A stretch of 64,000 nt of DNA, taken from contig NW_027597375.1 of NCBI RefSeq assembly GCF_964194155.1, forward strand, positions 1 through 64,000, written 5' to 3'. The translations under genes and the position numbers were made by a program. Of the stretch, positions 1-33,030 are shown piece by piece; position 1 is the stretch's first letter, and each line of letters starts with the position of its first letter. The notes under the pieces are model-generated. The model was given only the letters and a program-made list of their open reading frames with translations, was not told where the DNA came from and ran no database searches. The stretch is from Cetorhinus maximus (taxonomy: Eukaryota).

Positions 1-277
1 CCCCACGACCCCTCCAACCCCCTCATTTCCTCCCCATACCCTCCTCACATTCCCCTCCCCCTCCTCCTTTCTCTCCTCCTCCCATCCTGACCCCCTCCTC
101 CTCTATCCCTCCTTACTCTCCTCCTACCCCGCTCTTGGCCGCCTCCTCTTCCCCGGCCTTGTCTTGGAGACGGGGCCCGGGTTTCAGGGATTCCCCTCTC
201 CCTCTTTCTCTTCCCGGAGCGGGCTCGGGACCCGGGGAGGGGGAACCGAGCCCAGCCGCCCGGCCGGGAGCGGAGAC

Positions 278-21847
<21,570 letters not shown>

Positions 21848-22577
21848 ACTCAGACTGGCTGCAGTGCCTTTTCTCAAGAGACCACTGAACTGTCACTGGA
21901 CATTGTACACGTGTTTCCAGCACACGAACTTGGACAATCCGTCCCTCTTCAGTTTTATGTTTTAAGTTCAACTGAGTGTTTTTGTCATGGTGAGGGATTT
22001 TGGAAACTTTTCTTCTCTTCCCCCCCCACCCCTTGGATTCCCACCTTAAATTTGAACCATGGGATGAGCTTGCACCAGGAATGGTGTGAGATAGACAGGA
22101 CTTAATTGCTTGTTCCAACTCCTCTGTCAGCGGGACATTAATCAGCTACGAACTCCTGCCAACAGCAGAGGTCAGCCTCAGAACCTGAGTGGCGCCCCCT
22201 TTCCCCATCCCAATCCCGTCCTGCACCATTTATTACTGTACACTTGTCTGTGGTTCAGGGCACATAAGGTACAAGATTATGTCTGTCACTGTTTCCAAAT
22301 AATTAATTATGTGAAATGCATTGATCATTTCAAAGGTAAGGGGCTGTACAACTTTGTTTTATTTATGTGTAAAGATGACCGAATCACGTGAATATAACTG
22401 CCAGGGTCTTGTTGTTGTTTGTAGATAGACTGTAATGCTGGAAGGTGAAAGTGGATGCCTTTTAGATGAGCTACTTGTATAGAGAATGACTCCCTTGTCT
22501 TGAGGGGAAGTTGGTGGTGTGGTTTAATCACTGCCTGTAACACCAGCTGCCAACAGCTATGGACATTTTATTTTATG

Positions 22578-22612
22578 ATTAAAAGATGAAATGTCCATGG
22601 TACTGTATTAAA
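22578..22612 (+). terminator. Candidate FHIP2B polyadenylation signals (2x ATTAAA)
   Basis: ATTAAA at 22578 and 22607, ~750 nt after the stop, followed by T/G-rich sequence. Confidence 0.45.
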
Positions 22613-23167
22613 TCTTTTTGGGGACTGTGCTGAAAAGGGACCAGAGGGAGTGGTGCCTAGTCAGAGGGGCAGGACTGACAGAGCACTGCCCCATCGGAGG
22701 GGCAGGACAGAGGGAGTGCCACACTATTGAAGGTGCCATCTTTCAGATAAATCGAGGTCCCATCTGCCCCCTCAGATGGATGCAAAAGGTCCAATGGCAC
22801 TATTTTGTAGAGATAGATCGACCAGGCTAACAGTTATCAAACATCACTAAAACAGATTGGTTATTTATTTCAATGCCTCACCGTCCTACTGAATGTTTAA
22901 TATCAGCTTTACCAGTACGAGAATTAAGACAAGCACAATACAGATAGCAGACTCTATTTGGCTCTAATTTACGTCAGTTAGTTACTGTCTACTCAGCTGA
23001 CTCTGGGGTAAGGCCAACGGTTCAGAGAAACAGAATTGTAGTTAATGCAGGCCCCAATGTCCTGAAAATGATACTGAGACAAGTGGTCATGTGTAGCTTA
23101 CACACGTTGGCTACATCGCTGCTTCAGAACTGGGCTAATGATCAACACCCTGCTACTGCCATCACCT

Positions 23168-23173
23168 TTTATT
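23168..23173 (-). terminator. Candidate BRF2 polyadenylation signal
   Basis: TTTATT on + (AATAAA on -), ~900 nt past the BRF2 stop. Confidence 0.35.
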
Positions 23174-23468
23174 ACCAAGCTTACCATTTTTCCAATGATT
23201 TTCATTGCACTAAGATACAAACATTCATCTCTTAGACTAAATGTTTTATACATTTAACACTGAGATTGGTAGAGTGCTGTTGGGCGTTCTAGGTTAAAGG
23301 CACAGCTAGATGGTGTTCAAGTATAGATCAGCCCTGATTGAATTGAATGGAGGAGCAAATGGGAGGGGAACTGAATAGTCTCTTTCTCAGGTCGATGGCA
23401 GTTTTACAAATGTGATGAGTTCATTCACTGCACCCTGGGCAAATCTGGCACCAGCATCCTGTATTTTG

Positions 23469-23745
23469 TGGGGGTGGGAAAGTTGGGAGGTGGGGGTGGG
23501 AAGGTTGGGAGGTGGGGGTGGGAAGGTTGGGAGTGGGAAGGTTGGGAGGTGGGGGTGGGAAGGTTGGGAGGTGGGGGTGGGAAGGTTGGGAGGTGGGGGT
23601 GGGAAGGTTGGGAGGTGGGGGTGGGAAGGTTGGGAGGTGGGGGTGGGAAGGTTGGGAGGTGGGGGTGGGAAGGTTGGGAGGTGGGGGTGGGAAGGTTGGG
23701 AGGTGGGGGTGGGAAGGTTGGGAGGTGGGGGTGGGAAGGTTGGGC
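23469..23745 (+). repeat. 22-bp G-rich minisatellite (GGGAGGTGGGGGTGGGAAGGTT)n, ~12 units
   Basis: Visible near-perfect tandem repeat. Confidence 0.95.
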
Positions 23746-24064
23746 GGGCAGGGACGGAAAAGACTTAGTGACACTGGATCACGATCAGGAACCAATGTGG
23801 GAGCAGCTTTGAGTCTGTTTAATGTGCATAACTCAGCTGATTCTCAGTGCCTGGCGTTCCACAGTGAGGTACCAGAGTGACCCTTTCCAGACAGAATCAT
23901 CTTCAGAGGGAACCCTCAACCAGGCACCTACACTACCTGGGTTACAGGTGCTGGCACCTGCACCACACTCCCCCCCAACTCCCTTCCTCCCAACCGCCCA
24001 CAGGAGGGTCACACGCTCCCTACAACAAGCATCACTGGGTAAATGATAGAGCCCAGGGAGCTGC

Positions 24065-24836
24065 TCACAGGATGGCACGTGCTGCCTGGAAGGCTGCCAC
24101 CTCGTCAGGTGTCCTCAGGTACTGCTCGATTTCACTATCTGATATCTCCTCCTCTCCTGTGGTTGGCTCGGTGCCTTGGCTTCCCTCTGCTTCTGGGCAG
24201 GACTTTCTCTTCTTCCTTTGTGTGAGGCACGGAGGGAGGAAGATTGGCGCTGCGCGTTTGTGCCCTGGCCCCATATTCCCTGTGGGACTCAGCTGATCCT
24301 GAGGAGAGGGCCCAGTCTCCCCACCCTCCCCATCCCTGGTCCACTCACCCCCACCCTCAGTCTCCCTGCCCGTTTCCGTTGCAGTTCCTTCGCTCGGGTC
24401 CATATGCCCGCCTGCATTCTCTGTCCAAGCGAGGCTGAGCGTCTGTCTGAGTAACAGGGCTCGATGACGGAGAATGTCATTGGTGTACTTCACCACAGTC
24501 TTGGCATCGAGCCGCTGTGATGCCAGCCATGCCAGCTGCGATGCCAGCCGGAGCAGAATGTCAACGATCTCCTTCACCCTCAGTGAGGCGGGCGGGGGCT
24601 GCCTGATCCCTGCCAGCTTGCAGAACTTCCCCAGACTGCACTTCAGACGGTGCACAGGGAGAAGCGATTGCCAGGCCAGGTAAGCTGCAGCCGTGATGAT
24701 GGGCACAGGGTGTCTCCCAGTCACCAGCCACGTCTCACTGGCCAGCTCCACAAGCTGCAGGGCACGATCCACCACCTTGTCTTTATTCTCCAGGAACATG
24801 GACGGGACTGACGCAGAATTCTGGAACAAGTTAAGC
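24065..24836 (-). CDS. BRF2: BRF2 coding exon 4 (stop)
   Basis: [57 protein letters not shown]. Confidence 0.95.
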
Positions 24837-27800
24837 CTATAAGGAGGGGGGGAAAAAAAAAAATCAAAGTTGCAGTGTGCAGGAAATACACTCCTGACAT
24901 CCCTCATTATCTCAGACACAACAATAGCCGCCTGCTCAGCGATGCTCAGCTTAGGTTGCACCAGGACCACTCAGCCCCGATCTCATTACAGCCTCCGTCC
25001 AAAGACGGACAAGAGATGAGGATGACTGCCTTGACATCAAGGCAGCACTTGAAGGAGTGTAGCATCAAAGAGCCCTAACAAAACTGGAGTCAATAGGAAT
25101 CAGGGGGAAAACTCTCTGCTGGTTGGAGTCATATCTAGCACAAATGATGATGCGGTTGTTGGAGGTCAGTCATCTCAGTCCCAGGACATCATAGCAGGAG
25201 TTCCTCAGGATAGTGTCTCGGTCCAACCATGTTCAGCTGCTTTATTAATGACCTTCCTTCCTTCCATCCTGACTCCCCAAAGCCTATCCACTGTCTACAA
25301 GGCACAAATCAGGAGTGTGATGGAATACTCTCCACTTGCCTGGAAGAGTGCAGCTCCAAAAACTCTCAGGAAGCTTGACACCGTGAGGACAAAGCAGCCC
25401 ACTTGTTTGGCACTCCATTCATAAACAATCGCTCCCTCCACCACCGATGTAGTGGCAGCAGTGTGTACCATCTACAAGATGCACTGTAGGAACTCACCAA
25501 GTCTCCTTCAACAGCACCTTCCAAACCTGCAACCTCCACCATCTAGAAGGACAAGGGCAGCAGATAGATGGGAATGCCACCACCTGGAAGTTCCCCTCCA
25601 AATCACACAGCATCCTGACTTGAAACTAAATCATCATTCCTTCAATGTCACTGGGTCAAAATCCTGGAACTCCCTCCCTAACAGCACTGTGGGTGTACCT
25701 ACACCACATGGACTGCAGCGGTTCAAGAAGGTGGGGCTCACCACCAGTGTCAAAGGTCAGTGAACAATGGCAAGGGGGTCAGCAGAGAATGGCCACCAGC
25801 TATTTCTCATTCAGACACCACCTGACCTACTCTGCATTTTCAGCTTGCTGACAGGAGTTCCTTTAAATTAAGCTTAATTCGTTTTTGAGTTTCGGAGCTC
25901 ATGATTATAGTTTAAATGCAACACCCCACAGTGTGGCCTGCTCCTGAATATCCGAATATTGAAGCTGACCTGAGTGTGGACAGAGTGCTCGCAAACGAAC
26001 AACGCTGTCAGCAAATCGGACTGGATACCCAGTGGTGGCTGGCAATGCCAGTAGCCTTGGAGCAGGACACCAACTTCAGCTGTGGGGGCACAGACGCAAT
26101 TTCTTCTGAATGCCAATTTGTGCCAATCCTTGTTTATTTCTGAGCTGCTTTAGTTAACCTCGCTGGAAACAGTGAAACTGTTTAAACAAGGAAATTGAGA
26201 GTTGTAAATTGGGAGATCAGCGAGGATAAAAGGGGATGTACTCACCCGTCACAGTGAGTTTTCACCAGATCCAGGAGGCTGAGAGTGGGGATATCCAGGG
26301 TAAGCTCTTTCACCATGTGCTGATAGACTGTCGAGAACAGAGCGGGCTCCACGTGAAGAAGCGAGCAGATGGTACTCATGGTCAGGGGCCAGTTGTGCTG
26401 GCGACAGGAGATATGAACACAGCAGCCCACCAAGGCTTCCTTCTTCTCCAGAGTGACATGCAGGAAGCTCTGATGCTCATAGGCCCTCAGGTAGAGTTCA
26501 ATGGCCGTGTCCTCCACAACTGGACGCACCCGGAGAATCCGGCACAGGTCATGGACCCGCTTCTGACCTGAGGGGGTGGGGGAGGGAAAGAAATCAGGGT
26601 GAGAGAAAGAGAACCGGAGTCACCAAGAGGAGGAGGACCATGTGAGGGAAGTGACTGCAGGTAACATTACGCTGACAGCAATAATACAACTAACAACATC
26701 TTGCACTCAAGACAGCACCGAGGGAGCACCGCGCTGTCGCAGGTCTGGCCCCGAGGGAATTGCATTGTCGGAGGTGCCGATTTTTGGCTGAGACATTAAA
26801 CCGACACTGTGTCTGCATTCTCAGGTGGGCTTAAAAGATCCCATGGCATTATTCGAAGAACACGCAAGTTCACCCCTGTATGCTGGCCAATATGCAACCC
26901 TCAAATCAACATTATTAAAAGCGGCTCAGTTTTATATTTGTGGGAGCTTGCTGCACACACACTGGCTGCTGTGGTTTCTACGTTAAAATAACAACTATAA
27001 TTCAAAACATTCCTGAGATCATGCTGGACATGGGAAACATTTTAGATATTTTAATCCACTAAAATTAAACTCTAAATTTCTTTAATTCCTTTTTATGAAC
27101 AGATATGCACATTTGTGGTTAATTACAAGTATTTGGTGGGAGGGGAGGGGAGGGGAGGGGGTGGGGTGGGGGTGTGAGGCAAATTGGTTGAGACATGGTG
27201 TCAATAAACACATTGATCTCAACTATCTGTCCATCTCCCTCCAGGGGCCAAACATTGACACGGCATCATCACTGTTCCTCCATGTCTCGTGCATGGCTGT
27301 TCTCTGAGGGGTGAACTTTCCGCTCAAAGTGTCTTGCTTTCAAATTATGGCTTTACTCGCTTTGAAATACTTAATACAACTTAAGAGAGATCGAAAAACG
27401 AGACCTATCACTAAAATTACCAGCTCAGACAAAGTGTCATTGACCCAAATCATTAACTCAGTTAACTCTGCTGAGTGCTTCCAGCATTGTCTACTTTTAC
27501 TATTCAAGGATCTTACCTTGTATCTGATTGCGACAAGGCTTTTTCACCTCTGCTGTAGTTTCACTGTATCTCACTGCTGTGGAAGAGGATTGAAAGAGTG
27601 AACTTCCAACATTACAGTTTAACGTTGAGACAGGCTGTGCTACCTGAGCTCTTCTTAGTGTCTCTTGTACAGGTACAGCACTTGAAACAACCACACATTC
27701 CCCTTAATAGCTGCTGGGATTTTGCAATTCTGCTCAAAACATTCCGATAAGAGCAGATTAAATGTCATGTCTCATGCTCCCTGGCACAGTGCCTGTCTTC

Positions 27801-30800
27801 TGCCTCATTCATAGAATCATAAGGGCACAGAAGGTCATTTGGCCCATCGTGTCTGTGCTGGCTCTCCCATGTACTGCCACTCCACGCACTGCCACTCCCA
27901 CGCCCTCTCCCCACATGCCTGTGCATTCCTCCTTTTTTCAGATATTTAGAAAATGTAGTAAAATTTGCATCACTCTGGCCATTGTGTCTGCACCGTCTGA
28001 AAAAGCCCCCACCATGCGTAATCCCATTTTCCAGCATTTAGTCCGTGGCCCTGCAGATTACGAGACTTCAGGTGCACATCCAGACACATTTTAAATGAGT
28101 CGCGGGTTTCTGCCTTTACTACCCTTTCAGGCAGAGAGTTCCACACCCCCACAACCCTCTGGGTAAAAAATGTTTTCCTCATCTCCCCGCGAATCCTTCT
28201 ACCAATCATTTTAAATCTATGCCCTGTAGTCACTGACCTCTACTAAAGGAAATAGGCTCTTCCCATCCACTATATCCAGGTCCCTCACAACCTTGTACAC
28301 CTCAATCAAATCTCCTCTCAGCCCCCTCTCTTCCAAGGAAAACAACCCAGCCTATCCAATCTTCCCTCACAGCTTCACTATTTTGGTCCTGGCAACATCT
28401 TCGTAACTCTCTTCTGGTACAACTCTCTAGTGCAACTACATCCTTTCCGTAATGAGGTGACCAGAATTGCGCACAGTACTCGAGTTGTGGCTTAACTAAT
28501 GTTTTGTATAGCTCCAGCATAACCTCCCTGGCTCTTATATTCGATGCCTTGACTAATAAAGGAAAGGATTCCATATACCTTCTTAACCACCTTACTGAAC
28601 TATTCTGCTCCTTCAGGGACCTGTGGACATCAAGGCCCCTCACTTTCTCTGCACCACTCCGTCTCCCTCCCACTTTTTCCATATTCCTCTGCCTTTTTTG
28701 ACCTCCCCAAATGCATCACCTCACGCTTCTCTGGGTTGAATTATTTTGCCACTTTTCTGCCCACTTGACCAATCCATTGATATCTTCCTGCAGTCTACAG
28801 CTTCCCTCCTCAGTATCAGCCATGCGGCCAATTTTTGTGTCATCTGCAAACTTCTTAATCATGCTGCCTATATTTGAGTCCAAATAATTAATATATACCA
28901 CAAAAAGCAGGGGACCTAGTACTGAGCCCTGTGGAAACCCATTGGCAAAAACACAAAAGTATTGCACACTTTACCTCGCTGGCACCCATTCTGCACATCT
29001 CTCCTCCCCTTTAACATTTCAGATGTAACACATTAGTGATTTAGGATTTCAGCTTCCTAAACATTAAAAGCACCCCTAAAGTGGATAAGATTATTTAAAA
29101 AAAAGTTAACAGGTTTTGTGGTAAGAGGGATTGAATATAAAAATTGTGATGTTATGGGGAATTTATACAAAACCTCAGTGTGCAGTTTCCAGTGGATTGT
29201 GGGTAATTTCATGGAGTGGTGAAGGGATAGTACAGAATGGAGAGACAAAGTTTCCAGTGATTTTGGGGCTGAAGCAAGAGGACATAAATCAAAAAAAAAA
29301 AGTACATTGTATTGTACGTTTTAGGGCGACGATAGGCAATCCAGTGTAACAATAATTAACTGGACGAGAGCCGACTTCAATGGGGCAAGAACAGAGCTGG
29401 GTCAATTAGACTGGAATGAAAGATTGACAGGAAAAACTGTAGCTGAACAATGGGCTAATCAAAGAAGATTTGGTTCGGGCACAGTCAAGGTATATTCCAT
29501 CGAAAGGGAAAGGTAGGACAAACAAATCCAGAGTTCCCTGGATGATAAAGGAGATAGAAACTAAGATAAAGAAGAAAAAGTGTGCTTATGACAGGTGTCA
29601 GGTAGAAAATACAATCGAGAACCAAGAGGAATACAGAAGGTTCAGAGGGGAGATGAAAAAGCATATTAGAGAAGCGAAGAGGGATTATGAGAAAGGACTG
29701 GCAGCCAACATAAGGGGGAATCCCAGTGTTCTATAGGTATATAAATAGTAAACGGGCGGTAAAAGGAGGAGTAGGGCCGATTAGGGACCTAAAAGGGAAT
29801 TTACACATGGATGAAGGGGCCATGGCTGAGATATTAAACGAATACTTTGCATCCATCTTTACCAAGGAAGTAGATGCTACCCAGGCCATGGTGACAGAAG
29901 AGGAAACTCCGTCACTTGAAGGGTTCAAAATTGATAAGGAGGAAGTGTTGAATAGACTGTCAGTACTTAAAAGTTGACAAGGCACCGGGACCAGGTGAGA
30001 TGCATCCAAGGATAGGTCAGTAAAGGTGAGAGTAGAAATTGCAGGGGCATTAGCCATAATCTTTCAGTCTTCCGTGGATTCACGGGTGGTGCCAGAGGAC
30101 TGGAGAATTGCAAACATTATGCCCTTGTTCAAAAAAGGTTGTAGGGATAAACCCAGCAATTACAGACCAGTCAATTTAACTTCAGTGGTGGGCAAGATTC
30201 TAGAAACAATTATTCGGGATAGTATTAGTAGTCACATGGAAAAAGATGGGTTGATAAGAAAGAACCAGCATGAATTTCTAAAGGGGAAATCGTGTTTAAC
30301 TTGCTAGAGTTTTTTGAAGAGCTAACAGAAAAAGTCGATGAGGGTAATGCTGTTGATATGATGTACATGGCCTTTAAAAATACATTTGATACAGTGCCAC
30401 ACAACAACTTCAGAAAAGTTATTGTTCATGGCATAAAAGGGACAGTAGCAACGTGGATACAAAATTGGCTGAAAAATAGGAAGCAGAGAGTAATGGTCAA
30501 TGGATATTTTTTGGGCTGGAGGAAGGTTTTTAGTGGAATTCCCCAGGGGTCGTTATTGGGACCCTTGCTTTTCCTGATATATATTAATGATCTAGTTCTT
30601 GGTGTGAAGGGGACAATTTCAAAGTCTGTGAATGATACGAAGCTTGGGAGTGTCGTGACCTGCAAGGAGGTGTGGAACTTCAAGAGGGCATAGACAAGTT
30701 GGTGGAGTGGGCAGATAAGGTGGCAGATGAAGGTCAATGCGGAGAAGTGTGAAGTGATGCATTTTGGTAGGAAGAACGTGGAGAGACAATATAAAATAAG

Positions 30801-32113
30801 GGGTGAAATTTTGAAGGGGGTGCATGAACAGAAAGACCTGGGTGCATATGTGCATAGATCATTGAAAGTGGCAGGACAGGCGGAGAGAGCAGTTAATAAA
30901 GCATATAGTATCCAGGGCTTTATTAATAGGGGCATAGAGTACAAGAGCAGGGAGGTTATGCTGAATTTATATAAGGCACTCGTTAGACCTCAGCTGGAGT
31001 ATTGTGTACAGTTCTGAATGCCACACTATAGGAAGGATATGAACACAATGGAGAAAGTGCAGAAGAGGTTTACAAGAATGGTTCCAGCAAAGAGAAACTT
31101 CAGCTATGAAGATAGATTGGAGTGGTTGGAACTGTTCTCCTTGGAGCGAAGAAGGCTAAGAGGAGATTTAATAGAGATGTTCAAAATCACGAGAGGGCTG
31201 GAATTGCATATAGGGAGAAGTGGTTCCCGTTCGTAAAAGGATCAAGAACGAGAGTACACAAAAGAAGCAAATGTGACATGAGAAACAACTTTTCACACAA
31301 CGAGTGGTTCGGGTCTGGAATGCACTGCCTGTAAGCATGGTGGAGGCAGGTTCAATCAACGCATTCAAGAGGGCATTAGATGATTATTCGAATAGAAACA
31401 ACATGTAGGGGTACGGGGAAACTGCAGGGTAATAGCACTAGGTCAATAATGCTCCTTTGGAGAGCCGGTGCAGACACCATGGGCCGAATGGCCTCCTGTA
31501 TTATTAAAATTCTGTGATTCTGGAAAAAATGCAAGATATTTAAGACAAAAAAGGGAGTTTTTTTAAAAAAGAAAGAATGGGTTGGGAGACTATTAATGAG
31601 TTAGAGAAGGAAAAAAACAGTAGTACTTGGGAAATGAATGGTACTGGCCCGAACTCGAGTTCCATTTTAAGGTGTACAAGACCAGTTCGGACCAGTACCA
31701 GTCATTTCCCCAAGTTTTACAGGTTTCACACCAGGAGGCTAGTCCAATGTAGAGGCAAAGCTTCTCTTCCACCACGGGGAAACAAGATCATCTCCCAGCT
31801 ATTTCAGGGGAACTGATATGATAACAACAGAGGTCAGCACACACCCAGTGCTGGGACACCCCTGCTTGGCGTGTACCTAAGGCCAGAGTGCCACAGCAAT
31901 CATTCAATTGAAATTACTTCAGTGAGAATTGAGGTTGAATGAGAAATGAGGATTTGTACCTTGGGAGAAGGTTTCCTCGGAGCGTGTGGTTGTGAGCAGC
32001 CCCTCAGTCAGCAGGAAGCCACATTCAGTGCACACCAGGTGGTTCTGGCTGTAATGGGAATCCTCTTCCACCTTAGAGGAGCCACATTCTGGACACTTTC
32101 GTTGTCCAGACAT
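24065..32113 (-). CDS. BRF2: Transcription factor IIIB 50 kDa subunit BRF2, 4 coding exons, 435 aa
   Basis: Exons 32113-31960, 27576-27517, 26567-26246, 24836-24065 (154/60/322/772 nt). Zn ribbon CPECG..EDSHYSQ..CTECG, cyclin repeats ([10 protein letters not shown]; [10 protein letters not shown]), LPPC pin motif, [15 protein letters not shown]-terminus. Confidence 0.95.
24915..25745 (+). mobile_element. L2/Crack-like LINE RT/3' fragment in BRF2 intron 3
   Basis: GVPQ-like RT segment and the family 3' region. Confidence 0.75.
26246..26567 (-). CDS. BRF2: BRF2 coding exon 3
   Basis: [35 protein letters not shown]. Confidence 0.93.
26712..27005 (+). mobile_element. Deu-domain SINE fragment
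   Basis: CAGGTGGGCTTAAAAGATCCCATGGCA..TGTGGGAGCTTGCTG. Confidence 0.65.
27517..27576 (-). CDS. BRF2: BRF2 coding exon 2
   Basis: [19 protein letters not shown]; CAG acceptor and GTAAGA donor on the minus strand. Confidence 0.88.
27805..28945 (-). mobile_element. CR1 LINE fragment
   Basis: [17 protein letters not shown]; [13 protein letters not shown]; [13 protein letters not shown]. Confidence 0.92.
29330..31520 (+). mobile_element. Degenerate CR1 LINE ORF2
   Basis: [25 protein letters not shown]; [13 protein letters not shown]; [13 protein letters not shown]. Confidence 0.93.
31960..32113 (-). CDS. BRF2: BRF2 coding exon 1 (Zn ribbon)
   Basis: [33 protein letters not shown] splice acceptor at 32147-32148 implies an upstream non-coding exon. 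Confidence 0.93.
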
Positions 32114-32269
32114 CTTCCAGGTTCCTTTCTACACCAAACACAGCAACTGAGAGAGAGAAAAAAAATACAACCATAAAACTATTTACTTGGGCATCTCCCC
32201 CATCGTGTCTTAATACTGATTTCCCCCTCCTCCCCGATACAAAGAGCCTGAATTTGAATACTTGCATTT

Positions 32270-33030
32270 CTGTGGCGCCTCCAGCTCTGACTCTGGAGAG
32301 ACAGCAACGCAGCCACTCGCCCTGCTGGAAATAAAAGCGCCGCCTGCCGCAAAAAACGCGCGATATGTATTAGAAAAGAGCAATTGAAAACCTATATAAA
32401 TAGATAATCGTGTTGCACTCCATGGAGTGAGTATGATTATAATGGTCGAAAGGAAAAAGCGTCCCAAAGACGTTCGCGGTGCTGCCTTTGCACTTGACAA
32501 AGATGGCGGTGGTGCCTTCCCATCACAAAGATGGCGGCAGTCCATTTACCCCTCACAAAAGATGGCGGTCCCCTTCCTTCTTCCCCGCCCCAAACCCCCC
32601 ACAAACATGGCGGTCATCCCCCCGCCCCCCCCCTCACGAAGATGATGACTGTTCCTCTGCCCCTTACAAATATGGCGGCGGCGGAACTGCTCCTCAAAAA
32701 CATGGCGCCGGACCGGCGCCTTCCATCTTCCCCAAGCCAATAATGCTGGCGGGTGCGCCTGCGCAATGGCTGTTGCCGGACGCAGGGGCCTGGACGTGGG
32801 CCTGGGTTTGTTGTTGGCGGTCGGAAGCGGGAGGCGACTCTGGGGCCGCAGCGAGGGTCGAGCCGGCGGCAGTAACAGCCTGAGCGAAGCTATGAGCAAG
32901 AACAAGATCCCGGACAGGTGAGGCCTGGGCCCGAGTTCCACGGGCAGGGCCGCCGCGCCCCTAGGCCGCGCTTTAATCCCTGAGTGTCTGCGCGCCGGTG
33001 TCGCTAATGTTTCCTCCTTTCTCTCTGTAG
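32270..33030. promoter_or_regulatory. CpG-island bidirectional promoter BRF2/DUSP11
   Basis: CpG-rich; six AA(G/C/T)ATGGCG YY1-type motifs 32499-32709; NRF1-type GCGCCTGCGCA at 32755-32765; GC box at ~32584; divergent start codons 779 bp apart. Confidence 0.8.
32892..32917 (+). CDS. DUSP11: DUSP11 exon 1 (coding part)
   Basis: MSKNKIPD(R)|GTGAGG; an in-frame upstream ATG at 32766 is also possible. Confidence 0.8.

Noticed and set aside
23412-23880. Gly/Trp- and Pro-rich ORFs
   Set aside because: Frames of the 22-bp minisatellite
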